From a virus, in the IMG/VR virus record IMGVR_UViG_3300016457_000282, positions 32,001 to 96,000 of that record: a stretch of DNA of 64,000 bases; one strand, given 5' to 3'. The position numbers and the translations under genes were made by a program. The notes below the pieces were generated by a model, which was not told where the DNA came from, ran no database searches, and saw nothing but the letters and a program-made list of their open reading frames with translations. How positions within the stretch are numbered: position 1 is the stretch's first letter; each line of letters opens with the position of its first letter. Positions 44,843 to 57,252 of this stretch are shown here, one piece after another.

Positions 44843-45757
44843 TCATTTTAGCCAATTCGTTCTCACCGGCCATCTTACGATCCACCCTTCCTTTACGTAA
44901 GTCGTAAATGATGTACAAACATTATACAGATCACAACTCAAGATCAAGCTCCACCTAAAGTCTTCTATCTCCTTCGCTCTTTCAAGTAACTGCGAGAGGG
45001 TAATTTCGGTCACGTCATCTACTTTAAGTCGAGGTAAATCAAAGAGAACAGATTTTACTTCTCGAGGGTAAGAAAACAGTCTCAGATCAACTTTCCTTAC
45101 TTTGAATTTTCTCTCCAACACATCTGCAGTTAGAGAGTTTACCTTAGTAACTACTGTTGTCACACTTTCCAGTAATATGTCCTCAGTAACAGTTGGGTCT
45201 AAATTAGTGTGAATTTTTCTGTGAATTACGGTAGTTAGAGGAAATCCGTTAAGTACTACTTTAACTAAGAAAGACAAAGCAACACGTCCTGTTTCTCCAT
45301 TGAGGACTAAAAGTCCAATATCACCAGCACTAACTCCAACACCTAAGAAGTCTTCATCAAATTTCTCGAGGCTAATTTGGACGTCCTTACTAGCTAGTAC
45401 CTTTACGAAGTTGACCTTTTTGATTATCTCGTCTATCACCCAAACGTTACTTATGCTAGTGTTGTACTGTGTACTTAGTACAGCGCGAATATAATCCTCT
45501 GAAGAATCGCGGACACCTCTGAATAAGAGGATCTTGTCCCCAACTACTTTGTTGAAAACCTCACATTCTTCATGTTCAACCAATGCCTCAAAGAACTTAG
45601 GTGTACATCCAGCTAACTTACAAACTTGCTGCCTAGCCCAGTCTGTTAAGGGATAAAATTGTCCTTCTAAAACCACCTGTCCTTGCGGTGTCATGCGGAA
45701 AGGGCTCACTACATCAAAACATCTTTCACTAAACTCTCTAACTACATCAAACTCCAT
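44843..45757 (-). CDS. DUF932-like protein (mirror copy)
   Basis: Mirror of 40674-41588. Confidence 0.55.
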   Translation of the reverse strand: MEFDVVREFSERCFDVVSPFRMTPQGQVVLEGQFYPLTDWARQQVCKLAGCTPKFFEALVEHEECEVFNKVVGDKILLFRGVRDSSEDYIRAVLSTQYNTSISNVWVIDEIIKKVNFVKVLASKDVQISLEKFDEDFLGVGVSAGDIGLLVLNGETGRVALSFLVKVVLNGFPLTTVIHRKIHTNLDPTVTEDILLESVTTVVTKVNSLTADVLERKFKVRKVDLRLFSYPREVKSVLFDLPRLKVDDVTEITLSQLLERAKEIEDFRWSLILSCDLYNVCTSFTTYVKEGWIVRWPVRTNWLK

Positions 45758-46345
45758 CCTACACCTCCTCTTCAACGGGTGTAATACCCTTCAAAGCCTT
45801 AGTAAGATACGCCATCATATCTTCTTCGGTAATCTCTCCATCTAAACCACAACCTAGTTGTACTCCTAGAATTTCCTTACCTCTCACCGCGTCAAATATG
45901 TCATCTGTAACACTAGGAGAAATCTTTATACTTAAATAGCCCCATCGATATCTAACATAAACCATCCTTCCGTCAACGAGTTTAATCTCCCATTGAGAAG
46001 GACAAGCAAAGCATGTTTGTTTCAACTCTTTGATTTGAGCAGCGCTCATGAAAACCCTCCTATTTGCTCAATTCTAGCAACCTCTCTTTAGGCAAAACCT
46101 CCTTGACCAAAAATTCTGCACCCTCAAGTGTCAGTTCCAGATCCTTCAAATTCAACAAACGTAATTCACTATGATGACGTCGTCGCAGGAAAAAGGCCCG
46201 AATAGCACTAGCCTCAGCTTCTAGTTCCTTCTGCACTTCAGGAGGTGCTAGTTGAGCTGCTACTTCCAAGAAGCTCTTCGGGTAAGTTCTCACAACTAAG
46301 CAAGAATCAACTTCAGGTTCGCCCGTATATGGCGAAAAGCGCCAA

Positions 46346-46840
46346 TTAATCAGTGTGTTCTTCCCTTGCACAACTTTCATTTTCACTCTCCTCTAACACT
46401 TTCTTCAACTTCATAAGAGAATTATCCCAAGCGCCATAAATACGAACTACATCAAAGAACTCTTCCACATCATGTTGACGCAGCCCCCACTTGACCTTTC
46501 CTTGACTAGTTATACTTTTCACGATATGACGAAGCTCGTGGAGTAACAAAGCTTCCTTTTCTTGCAGCTCCGCACCTGCCCACCAATCAGCCCATACTTC
46601 AATTACGTAATCGTAGCCGGTTAAATAAGCCCATTTTCCAGTCGCTCTTGAACATTTGCCTAAGTAACGAGACTTCTCACTCCACTTCTTCAAATACCTA
46701 ATGTTAGCCTCCTTAGCATGTTCTAAGAGGTTAGGAAACCTGCGCATAAGATCCTTTGCAATCTCCTCACATTCTGGGCATTCTTCATACTTTGAATCTG
46801 CTTTCTTCTTCGCTACCGAGAGCATTTCTTTTAAATCCAT
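46346..46840 (-). CDS. putative phage metallopeptidase (mirror copy)
   Basis: Identical to 39591-40085. Confidence 0.75.
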   Translation of the reverse strand: MDLKEMLSVAKKKADSKYEECPECEEIAKDLMRRFPNLLEHAKEANIRYLKKWSEKSRYLGKCSRATGKWAYLTGYDYVIEVWADWWAGAELQEKEALLLHELRHIVKSITSQGKVKWGLRQHDVEEFFDVVRIYGAWDNSLMKLKKVLEESENESCAREEHTD

Positions 46841-48527
46841 AAATAAACACCTCCCACTAAACAGAGTATGTTTTCAATCTTCTTTCTGCTCACTTAGGTT
46901 CATACCGCTTTCATTCTCCTGTCTCTTAGTTAGAAACGAATCACAGGTCTGTATAATTCCACTACTTTTCAACAACTCTTCTACGAGCTGCTTTCGTTTT
47001 TCCGAAGGCAAACTACGGTCTCCGTTAGTTCTATTAGATAATAGTAACCAACCTAAGAAACACTTTAACGAACAGAAATCAAGAGAGCCACTGCCCGTAT
47101 ACCTAAGAGATTCGAAAGACGTAATGAAACTGGAACAACCTTCTCCAGTTTCTCCTTTAACAATATGCGTTCCAAGGTCGTCAAAAAAGACCCATCCTTT
47201 TTCCGCATGAACATCGAGAGTGATCTTTCCACACCACTCACACTTATGTGTTTCAACTATCATTTTTCATTACCTCCTTTAGAAATTAACTGACTTACCT
47301 TGAAAATACTAACCAACTGAAAAACCGTGTTTGGTCAAAACTTGTTCCACACCTTCTTCACGATCAACTAATACTACTATCTTAACCACTTAAATGTGGG
47401 GAAAGTGATCCTTGACGGTTTGGATTGCTTTCACCAAAGAACGCCCAGTCGTTGCTACATCATCTATGATAGCTACTCTTTCATCTTTCTCTGTAAGCTG
47501 ACCTTCAATCCATACTCCGTGGATAGCAGCAACCTCGCCACTTACGGGTCAGTTTTTGGCTAGGCTTAGGATGTCATTTGCTATTAGGTCAATGAAGTCA
47601 ATTTTCCTCTCTGTCATCGTTGGTGTCCTTATTTACCAAATACAGTCCCGTGCGATTTCAACTAGCCGGACAAATACCTCATCTTTGACTTGTTCTTCTA
47701 AGGGAAGTTTATTGTAAGGCACTAAGTCTGGATGAATTTTGTTTTCTGGATCATATTTTTCGCCATACTTCCATCCCATTTTCAAGGTATTTCTTCATCC
47801 ATGAGTTATGAGCCTCTTCGGAGTTTTGAAATTTCTTTTTACCAGAACACAAGTCCGCAGTTAAATCCCTGAATTGCTCTTTAAATTCCTTTTCCCGCTC
47901 ATCCCATGGTTTTGGAATGACAGGACACCGTAATTGAACAGCGTGTAACCTAGCCCCTTCATAAACAAACTTTGCTCTACGTTCATTTAGGTCTATTATA
48001 TACCTCTCTTTCATCAATAAAAATCTTTCTCAATAATCCCTCCTCTTTACCTGTCTTCCTTCTTGTGGCACAAAAATCATGGCCTGATCTTCCTCTGTTG
48101 GCTTTTTATCTACCATAGGACAATCCACAATCAAAAACTCAGAAAACGGGCAACCTTCCTTGAAAAAACAATTGTCGCAAGGACGCTCTACAATATCAGG
48201 AAGGTCTGAACGCATTACCATAACCATCTGTATGGCAAATACTTGTTCTGACATAGTTACACCGCCTTTATCACTTTCTTTTTCATAAGTTCTTTCAAAA
48301 ATATCGGGCTTGCGGGGGTATGGCTCGCCATTAACACCAAAATGATATAATCCTCTTTAGTTGCTCGCATGATACCCTTCAGTGTTGAAATTAGCAAATC
48401 TCCATCGCTGGCTTTAGCAAAACGACGCCCGCTCAATTGTAAGGCCTCTAATAGCTCAGGTGTAAATTCCCCATCCATTGCTCTGCTTTTTACTATAACC
48501 GGCTTTTTTCTATATGTATCCATCTGC

Positions 48528-49346
48528 CTATTCCTCTTTTTGTTTTTCCTTCAACTTTTTAATCAATTCACTTGCTTTAAAAATACTAACTAATTGATAA
48601 TTGTGCTCGCTTAAGGCTTCTTTCGCCCCTTCCTCACGATCAACCAGGACCACGACCTTAGCTATGTTGATATGAGGAAAGTGGCCCTTGACAGTTTGGA
48701 TTGCTTTCACCAGAGAACGCCCTGTTGTTGCCACATCATCTACAATAGCCACTCTCTTGTCTTTCTCTGTAAGCTGACCTTCAATCCATTTACACAAGCC
48801 GTATTCTTTAGGCTCTTTTCTGATGATAAAAGTACGATAGTAACCTTTGCCCGCAAGTGCTCCAAGTATTGGATCAGCACCAATTGTAGGGCCACCAACT
48901 GCATCAACCTCTTCAATTACATCTCTCATTATCTCAGCTATAATTGACGCTCCTTCTGACGAAGTTGTAACCATTCTAGCATCAATATAGTAGGTACTTT
49001 GACTACCGGACGAAAGTTTAACATCATCGAAAATTAGAGCATAATCAATCAATAATTGTTTTAATCGGCGCTTATGCGCGGCGTCAGTACTTTTGACTTG
49101 TGCACGTGGCCGAAGATAATAGTGGTCTCCTTTATCAACAAGTCTCCGCATTAAGATTCTTTTCTTGACTCCGTGTAAGTTATACCAAGACACGCCACCA
49201 TCAAAGTGCGTAAAACGTTCTTGCACTTTGCCGCACTGCGTACAAATTCTATAAGCGCGTCTAAATTGAGGAAGTTCTACTTCTTCGAAACATTCAGTAC
49301 CTGAATATTTGTACACATATTTCCAGCGGTGCCATAAATGTAACAT
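48528..49346 (-). CDS. pyrE: orotate phosphoribosyltransferase (mirror copy)
   Basis: Identical to 37085-37903. Confidence 0.85.
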   Translation of the reverse strand: MLHLWHRWKYVYKYSGTECFEEVELPQFRRAYRICTQCGKVQERFTHFDGGVSWYNLHGVKKRILMRRLVDKGDHYYLRPRAQVKSTDAAHKRRLKQLLIDYALIFDDVKLSSGSQSTYYIDARMVTTSSEGASIIAEIMRDVIEEVDAVGGPTIGADPILGALAGKGYYRTFIIRKEPKEYGLCKWIEGQLTEKDKRVAIVDDVATTGRSLVKAIQTVKGHFPHINIAKVVVLVDREEGAKEALSEHNYQLVSIFKASELIKKLKEKQKEE

Positions 49347-49713
49347 TTCAACCCCCTGAGCACTTTCTTCTTTTTCTAATTTGAGCCTGCAAGGCCCCTT
49401 CCCTCTGGGTAAGAGAGGATGTCAATACTCTTCCTCTTTATTAGCCTTACTTTTCTTATACTTTTCCCAATACCAAGGCCCGTGACCCAGCAGTGAACAA
49501 AATTCATCAACAGTAATTTCATGCTTCCATCCTTTAACATAATTCGCTAAGTAAATTTTAGGTCTATCTTGAATAATCCTTTCTAAAGCCTCTTCTTCGC
49601 GTTCATGCTCAAACCATTCAGTTCCCCATCCTATCACTCTTTGTATATCAGCTATTTGCTCACCTTTTTCATCAAGGACGAGTAAATTCCGGTTTGTGAA
49701 AAGGAACACTTCT

Positions 49714-50457
49714 TTAATCATGGTTTACCTCCTTTGAGTCAACCCAATTTTCTGCTTCCTCTCTAGTCAGGAAGAAATGAATTCCTCCTGCACATTCTTG
49801 CCATCTATCCTCACACCACTCATGTGCTACCACTTTTTCTCCGGACCGGTAAATCGCAGTAGCATAGTAATTTTCTACTTTTACCTCATCTGCTCCTTCG
49901 ATTTCCAAACAAATAGCATATTCTGCTCTATACTTTCTTGTTGTAGCACATGACCGGCGAGCTTCTTTAGGGATAAGGAGTTTGACGATGTGGCCGTTTT
50001 TCTTTCCCCAACCAATTAGATCCCCTTCTGGTGCTGGGTGGATACCCACGGTTAAATAATTTATTCTGATATCCCTGAGATTAGCTCCCGTGAGATCAGC
50101 GCCTGTGAGATCAGCTCCTCTGAGATCAGCGCCTGTGAGATCAGCTTCCTTAAGATTAGCTCTCCAGAGGTTAGCTTCCCAGAGATTAGCTCCTCTGAGA
50201 TTAGCTTCCCAAAGGTTAGCTTCCCAGAGATCAGCTCCTCTGAGGTTAGCTTCTCTGAGGTTAGCTCCCCAGAGATCAGCTCTCCAGAGATTAGCTCTCC
50301 AGAGGTCGGCTCCTCTGAGATTAGCTTCCCTAAGATCAGCTCTTGTGAGATCAACTCCTCTCAAATCAACCTCTTCCAGATTAGCTTTTGTTCCCTTTTT
50401 TCCTGTCAGCCACTTTTCGTGGTTCTTTAATATTTGCGCTAATTCCTCCTTATTCAT
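49714..50457 (-). CDS. pentapeptide-repeat/DUF5758-like protein (mirror copy)
   Basis: Identical to 35974-36717. Confidence 0.85.
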   Translation of the reverse strand: MNKEELAQILKNHEKWLTGKKGTKANLEEVDLRGVDLTRADLREANLRGADLWRANLWRADLWGANLREANLRGADLWEANLWEANLRGANLWEANLWRANLKEADLTGADLRGADLTGADLTGANLRDIRINYLTVGIHPAPEGDLIGWGKKNGHIVKLLIPKEARRSCATTRKYRAEYAICLEIEGADEVKVENYYATAIYRSGEKVVAHEWCEDRWQECAGGIHFFLTREEAENWVDSKEVNHD

Positions 50458-50480
50458 GTTTTCCTCCTTCTACTATTTAT

Positions 50481-51488
50481 CTAACCCCATGCTTCTGCTT
50501 CTTCTCTAGTCAGAAAGAAATGAATTCCTCCCGCACATTCTTGCCATCTATCCTCACACCATTCATGTGCTACCACCTTTTCTCCAGGTCGATAAACGGC
50601 GGTAGCATGACTATTCTTTACTATTACCTCATCTGTTCCCTCTACCTCTAAACAAATAGCATATTCTGCTCTATACTTTCTTGTTGTAGCACATGACCGG
50701 CGAGCTTCTTTAGGGATGAGGAGTTTGACGATGTACCCGTCTTTCTTTCCCCAACCAATTAGATCTCCTTCCGGTGCTGGGTGGATGCCCGTGGTCAAAT
50801 AATTTATTCTGGCATCCTTGAGATTAACTCCTCTAAGATCAGCTTCCGTGAGAATAGCTTCCTTAAGATTAGCTTCCCTAAAGTCAGCCTCTGTGAGATT
50901 AGCTTCCCTAAGATCAGCTCCTGTGAGATCAACTCCTCTGAGATCAGCCCTCGCGAGATCAGCTTCCTTAAGATTAGCTCTCCAAAGGTCAGCTCCTGTG
51001 AGATTAGCTTCCTCAAGATCACCTTCCGTGAGAATAGCTTTCCTGAGATTAGCTCCTGTAAGATTAGCTCTCGAGAGATCAACTTCCCTGAGATCAACTC
51101 CTCTGAGATCAGCCCTCGCGAGATCAGCTTCCTTAAGATTAGCTCTCCAGAGGTTAGCTCCCGTGAGATCAACTTCCGTGAGATCGGCTCCTTGGAGATC
51201 AACTTCCGCGAGAATAGCTTTCTTAAGATTAGCTCCTATGAGATTAGCTTCTCTAAGATCGGCTCTTTGAAGATTAGCCCAGCTAAGATTAGCTTCTCTA
51301 AAGTTAGCTCCTGTAAGATTAGCGTCTTTAAAGTTAGCTTTTCTCAAGTTAGCCTTTGAAAAATCAACTCCTTTTAAATCAACTCCTCTTAAATCAGCTT
51401 TAGTTCCTCCTCCCTTCCCTGTCAACCACTTTTTGTGTTCCTTTAATATCTGCGCTAATTCCTCTTTATCCATGTTTCTCTCCTTCAT
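50481..51488 (-). CDS. pentapeptide-repeat/DUF5758-like protein (mirror copy)
   Basis: Identical to 34943-35950. Confidence 0.85.
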   Translation of the reverse strand: MKERNMDKEELAQILKEHKKWLTGKGGGTKADLRGVDLKGVDFSKANLRKANFKDANLTGANFREANLSWANLQRADLREANLIGANLKKAILAEVDLQGADLTEVDLTGANLWRANLKEADLARADLRGVDLREVDLSRANLTGANLRKAILTEGDLEEANLTGADLWRANLKEADLARADLRGVDLTGADLREANLTEADFREANLKEAILTEADLRGVNLKDARINYLTTGIHPAPEGDLIGWGKKDGYIVKLLIPKEARRSCATTRKYRAEYAICLEVEGTDEVIVKNSHATAVYRPGEKVVAHEWCEDRWQECAGGIHFFLTREEAEAWG

Positions 51489-53857
51489 TTAATTTCTTCA
51501 ACTTCTTCCAACTTCATTTGATACATTTGATTGCCTTGTAATTCTACGGGAAATGGAGAAGCATCGCCATCTTTGTATCGCCCTCGTAATACCTTTCCTA
51601 TAGGCAACCTATAAGGATTACCTTTGATTACTTTGAACCAAAGAGGAAACACTTTCGCTAACCACTCATTTTTGTGGTCCTTCACCGTATAACCTCCTCA
51701 GTGAATTTCCAATTGAACAACTTTAAACTCTCCATTCTCCAGCTTCAATGGAGTAGCTAGGATATAAGGAGACACACTTACATCTCCTCCTGTAAAGGTA
51801 AGTGAATTTTTGACATCAACACAAGGTATCAATCTCACAGCTGTATCATCAGTAAAAACTATTACTGCTTCGGGCCAATCACTGGTATCAATCCTTTTGA
51901 TAGTTTTGTTTGTCAAAAACTCCTTCACTGGTTTAAGTGTTAGCCATGCCATAACTTTCCTCCTTTTAGTAAGCTATTAGAATGCGGCTTCTCGAACGTT
52001 ACAGACTACCCAAAATTCATCTTCGCCTTAAATTCACGTACGATGGCTCCAGACCAAGTAAGTGGATTATCTCGAGCGCAGTTCCCTCAATCACGCCATC
52101 TAAACCGTACGTATAAGCATAGTGGTCTGCTTGAACTTTTCTAGCTTGTTTCAATGACATTGCCATCTGAATCGCCGTTCTTATCCTCTCCTTAACCCAA
52201 ACTTCTTGATCAGAGGTGACCACTACCTTCTCTGGCATTTTCTCTCCTTCTACGCTCATTAACGCACCTCCTCTGCAAGAAAAATTAAAAGTTTTTTAAA
52301 TAAAAAAAAGAGTACGTAACAAGTATTCGTTCAACTAACCAAATAATGCGTTAGATTAATTGGGCTTCTCTAAGTTTGATAATATCCTCTACCTCAAAAC
52401 CGCCGGCTCGGAGATCTCTTAGCTCCGATGCTGATAAGACTCGGTTATGTCTTCTGCACTGGAAGACCTCTATTTCCTTCATTTCTTGTTTCTCCTCCAA
52501 CTTCGATGCTAACTCCTGAACTTTTTGTCGGTAATCCTCGATCTCAGCATCACAACCTCCTAGCGATTTGCCTAATTCCAATTCGAGCTCCGATATTCTT
52601 TTTTCTCGCCCGATTATCTTTTGTACCAATTCACTAGGTATCGTCCAAGATGATGTCCCATCCTCGGTGAAGTAGCTTCCTTCACCGTCCTCTATTTCAA
52701 CTACAATCTTTCCGTAGTAACTCTTCTCAGCATAAACATAACTTAAGATCCCTTTCTCATCTTTCTCCTCTACCATTTCAGTGTTTCTCTCACCGTTAAG
52801 TACTAGAACTAAACTATCCATTACCTTACCTCCTTGGTTTTATTAGTAGGACTCTTTTGACTAGGTGCTAGCCTGAGTCCGTCGTTCTCGGGATTAACAT
52901 TCTTGTAGAATGAGTAACTTGCTTTTTCTACAGCAACAGCTAACTGATCATCGGCTGTGTTAGAGAAGTAACGCTCGACCCTCTTTTCTTTCTCCTTCAT
53001 CTCTGTCGACACTGAGTCAATGTTGTCAAACTCTTTACCGGTTGCTTCAGCTATCATCCTTAATATTTCCTCTTGCATCCCGATCGTCAGTCGTATATCT
53101 CCTAGTCCTAAGTGCACTCTGTCGTCGAACCTACAATCTTCAAAGTATTTCGCAACTGTCATCAGTAAATTATCTAGAGTAACATGTATCATCATGTTTG
53201 CTCCTTTCAGAATTCTAAGAGATACTAACGTTTCGCTAAAGCGTAGATATCACTATGTTTAGTGAAACTGTACAACTCAATTTTCTTAGCATCAAACTTC
53301 CACAAAAGTACTTCACAGTTAATTTCTTCTCTACGTACCGGTTAAAATTTCAACCGTTCTCTACTCATAACAACTTCTTACACTCTCAACCCTCTTCTGT
53401 GAACCTCTTGTAATAGGGCCTCACCTAAGGGATGAAAAACGTCGATGTCGCCAACCTCGAGGTGATAAAGCTCACACTCTAGATCGAAGGTAGCTTGCTC
53501 ACCTCTTAGGAAACAAAGAGTCTTGTAACCTTCTAATACAACCTTCTCTTTCGCTCTTCTGAGCAGCTTAATTGTGTTCAACAAATGTTCATCAGTCATA
53601 TCACAAATCCTGATTTTACGGCCATCTTTAGTAGTCCAGATCTTAGTTTGCTTCCGCATTTTCCTTCTCCTGTTGAACTTCCAAAGTCTTTCTTAGAGCT
53701 TTCTTATATCCACCATTCCGCCTGATACTCACTTTCGTTTTCTTATAACGCCCTTCTTTCGTACTCCACCAACGAACTTCAAAGAAACTAGTTACATACT
53801 CTTTACAATCTCCATACAGAGAAAGCCATGATGCTTTAGCGCATGAATGAATCTGTG

Positions 53858-55321
53858 TTATGTTTCTACGCATTTCCATCCTCCATATGGATATACTACA
53901 TTCATATCCTTAAGCTTGAATCGTGTTCCATCGTATGTATATCCAAATCCACCTGTCAAACTATAACCCTTCAACACATCAATATGATTGTCGATTTCAA
54001 TTGTAGCACCTTCCTTGAATCCAACTTCAGAGAACTTCTTTCGATAGCCTTTGACACCAGGATTTACTTTGACTTGATAACCCTGTTTTAACAGTGGTAG
54101 AATTTTCGTACTGTATACGTTATGAAATGACTCTGGATTTCCATTTCGATTCGTAGCTACACGAATACACTTCTTGTTTTTGATGACATAGTACAATCGA
54201 TTACGTTCGCTATTCTTCATTCTACGATTATGCTGTCGTTTCTGTTCAAAACGTACCACATGTTTATCGATGAATGGTTCATGTTTGATTTCAACGTTGT
54301 TTCGCATCAGTTTGTTGATAGCAATACAGTAAGCATCATTACAGTGAGATTTGACAAGATTGAGCTCTCTACGAATAACATATGAATCAGCACCAATACA
54401 GAACCAAACATGTTCTTTACCGAAAGCATCTGACAACCAATCTTTTAAAAACGGCATAATGATATTGAGTCTGGATGTAGATGTGAAGTCTGCTATTTTC
54501 GTTTTGATTTTGCTTTGTACTCTTTTCAGCAACTGAGCATCAGTATGTACTTTAACGTGACAATCTGGGCACAGTGTAATAAGATTATCCGGATGATCTT
54601 TACCGTTTTGAGATCTGGGTACTACATGATGCAGCTGAAATTGAACGTTCTTCTTTCCGCATAGCTGACATGCATACTTATCACGGTGTAGTACATAAGC
54701 ACGAATATTTTGGTAACCGAATAATCTTCCGTGTTGATACTGCTCACCTTCAATATCTGAATTCATCATACGTTGGATGTCAAACTTAGCATATTCAAGT
54801 GAGATGTTAGCGTCAGGAACGTATTCAACTATTTTCTGTATAGCAGCTTTATGTGACTCTAGAAAATGTCGAACTGATGGAGTCAACCGTCCATCTAAAC
54901 GTCTTCTATTTTCGAATCTAGCTGGTCTATGCTTTGGTACGAGTCCTTTTCTCTTAATACGTTTACGTCTGAAGTATCGTCTCATATTTCGATATCCCCG
55001 TCTTATCTCAAGTAATTGCTTGATTTCTTTCGACCTTGTGTGAAATTCGATACTTAGCAATTGCTTGACTTTGTTATACATAGTGATTCTGACTAAACAA
55101 ATACCAATCGTATCTCCTGGATCTACTCCAATCCAGTATATAGGGTTATCTCTTTGCTGCGATAGTGTCTTGAACACTTGTACGACCATAATTTTACCGA
55201 CAAATCGAATGACTTTAGCATTCATCTGTCGCAACCAACGTTTAACCATATCCAACTTTCGTGTTGGATGTAAAATGTTATTTCTTCCATCTACAAGAAA
55301 TATTAATCGTTGATGTTGCAT
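53858..55321 (-). CDS. iscB: IscB (mirror copy)
   Basis: Identical to 31110-32573. Confidence 0.93.
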   Translation of the reverse strand: MQHQRLIFLVDGRNNILHPTRKLDMVKRWLRQMNAKVIRFVGKIMVVQVFKTLSQQRDNPIYWIGVDPGDTIGICLVRITMYNKVKQLLSIEFHTRSKEIKQLLEIRRGYRNMRRYFRRKRIKRKGLVPKHRPARFENRRRLDGRLTPSVRHFLESHKAAIQKIVEYVPDANISLEYAKFDIQRMMNSDIEGEQYQHGRLFGYQNIRAYVLHRDKYACQLCGKKNVQFQLHHVVPRSQNGKDHPDNLITLCPDCHVKVHTDAQLLKRVQSKIKTKIADFTSTSRLNIIMPFLKDWLSDAFGKEHVWFCIGADSYVIRRELNLVKSHCNDAYCIAINKLMRNNVEIKHEPFIDKHVVRFEQKRQHNRRMKNSERNRLYYVIKNKKCIRVATNRNGNPESFHNVYSTKILPLLKQGYQVKVNPGVKGYRKKFSEVGFKEGATIEIDNHIDVLKGYSLTGGFGYTYDGTRFKLKDMNVVYPYGGWKCVET

Positions 55322-55330
55322 CGATTTTCC

Positions 55331-55520
55331 TCCTGGTGTATGCCCCTATAGGGCAGGAGCAGTAATACGTCCCTGGCCTGAGCTATGGCTTGAAAGTACG
55401 AACGCATTCAATCGAATGCTCCTTCGCAGAGCCAGGAGCTGGAACGACACCCCTGGGTGCATCACCATAGTCCATTGGCATGATCACAAGCCAGGATGCT
55501 TTAGCTCCTAGTCATGTGAC
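55331..55520 (-). ncRNA. omegaRNA (mirror copy)
   Basis: Mirror of 30911-31100. Confidence 0.8.
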
Positions 55521-55535
55521 GGAGTTTAAGTGTAC

Positions 55536-56577
55536 TCTAAACGCTACGATACAGAACCCACACATTGGAATACGACACTGTACTTTGCAGATCACGTGAA
55601 GAAAACCGTGATGCTTTAGCACCTAATCATGTGACTATGTTTAAGCGAAGAAAAAAATCTAAGACGCCAATACAGATCACTACGTTACGCGACAGCACCT
55701 TTCACTTTACTGCACTTCAAAATACCACAGTACACTTAACCGTTACCACACACAACTTCAGACTGCTTTAGTTGACTTTACATTACCGGTGCAGGACCAG
55801 GCCTTACATCACCTTCGCAATATGATACGGTACCTCTCTTTACCATACTCCCCCACAACACGGAGCATTACGAAGCCACCACTCGAGTTCGCTAAACTTA
55901 CTCAAGCCTCCACAGCATAGTACGATACACCACCTTCACTTTAGTTGACTTTGCAATAGCTTCTCCTCAGAGCTGTCTTTTCTTCCACTTTTCCTTACTT
56001 TCTTAACAAAAACTACCAACGCATGTTGAAAAGGCTACCAAACAGTGCAGTCAACTACCTTAGAGACAAACTTCTAGGTTTTCTCTGAAAACTTTTGATA
56101 AAACTCCTTACATCTAAGTTATTCAGTACTTAATTGCTATGACCAAGACAGTGCGTCGCATGCAAAACAATACAATACCTTTACTTTACACAACATTGGT
56201 TTGCTCTACTGAACCAAGCTTTCACGCCCCGTAAAAACTCTTTGACTGCACTGTACAACATTCTTTGCCACATAATGGAACAATCTCTCTTTAAGAGACA
56301 TCTGAGAAGGAACTTCCCTTCTTCTAACCACCTATGAGTCATCGTATGTTCAGTTAGTCAAAGTAGTTTACTTTTACATCAAATTACATAACACCACGAT
56401 ACCGGTTACACGACTACACTTTTCCGTGCTAATACTACCTTTCCCCATTCTACCTACGATGGCTCTGTAATCTTCTGGTTTGCAAACTGATTTTCCGCTC
56501 ACGGAACTGAGCATCACTGTGCTCATGCTTAGCTCTATAAAGACAAACCTTCACGCTTCGTTACAGTGCATTACAAA
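55536..56577 (-). ncRNA. pentameric NNNGY array (mirror copy)
   Basis: Mirror of 29854-30895. Confidence 0.7.
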
Positions 56578-56637
56578 CGCCATACAGAGAAAGTCATGAT
56601 GTTTTAACACAGGATCATATGACCACTACTACATACT

Positions 56638-57252
56638 TCAAGGTGACACTTCTACTATTTCGAAACGACCATAACCACCGGAGCCTCTCCACTGTCCTAA
56701 CCCAACGTATTTACCATAATCAAGCATTTGCTCAATAGCGTCACGATTAATCCCAACTTTATTCTTCAGAATTCTCACTGTAAACTGAATTTCAGTCCCT
56801 GCATCTACATAATCACTTCTGCAAACAGTCACTCGAGGACCTTTCGCTGTTAACGTTCTCAAAGGTCGCTCTAAGCAACCATCTGGTTCCTTCTTTCCTA
56901 ACGGTATCTGCCGTGGGTCAATAAAAACTACCAGATCGATCCACTTCTTATAAGCAACGATCTTAGACAAGGCTCCTGCGGACATGCACACTTCGCATGC
57001 GCTTTTAAGGAAGCCTTTGATCATGTAGTTGTAGATGAAAATACCTTGCTCGTTCTTATGAAATCCGGTCCAACCTCTCTCCTCTACTTCTTCGACGGTT
57101 TCCGTTTCTTCCTCTTCCAGTTCAGGTTCTGGTGCCTTACTTGCTACAAAACGAGTATAGACTTCTGGATCTTTTGGCACAGTACCTAAAAGTTTCTCCA
57201 ACAAGCGGATTTTTACGTCAAACCTTTCTTCCAACTCCGAGAGCTTCTTCAT
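56638..57252 (-). CDS. solitary Cas7/RAMP-like protein (mirror copy)
   Basis: Identical to 29179-29793. Confidence 0.8.
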   Translation of the reverse strand: MKKLSELEERFDVKIRLLEKLLGTVPKDPEVYTRFVASKAPEPELEEEETETVEEVEERGWTGFHKNEQGIFIYNYMIKGFLKSACEVCMSAGALSKIVAYKKWIDLVVFIDPRQIPLGKKEPDGCLERPLRTLTAKGPRVTVCRSDYVDAGTEIQFTVRILKNKVGINRDAIEQMLDYGKYVGLGQWRGSGGYGRFEIVEVSP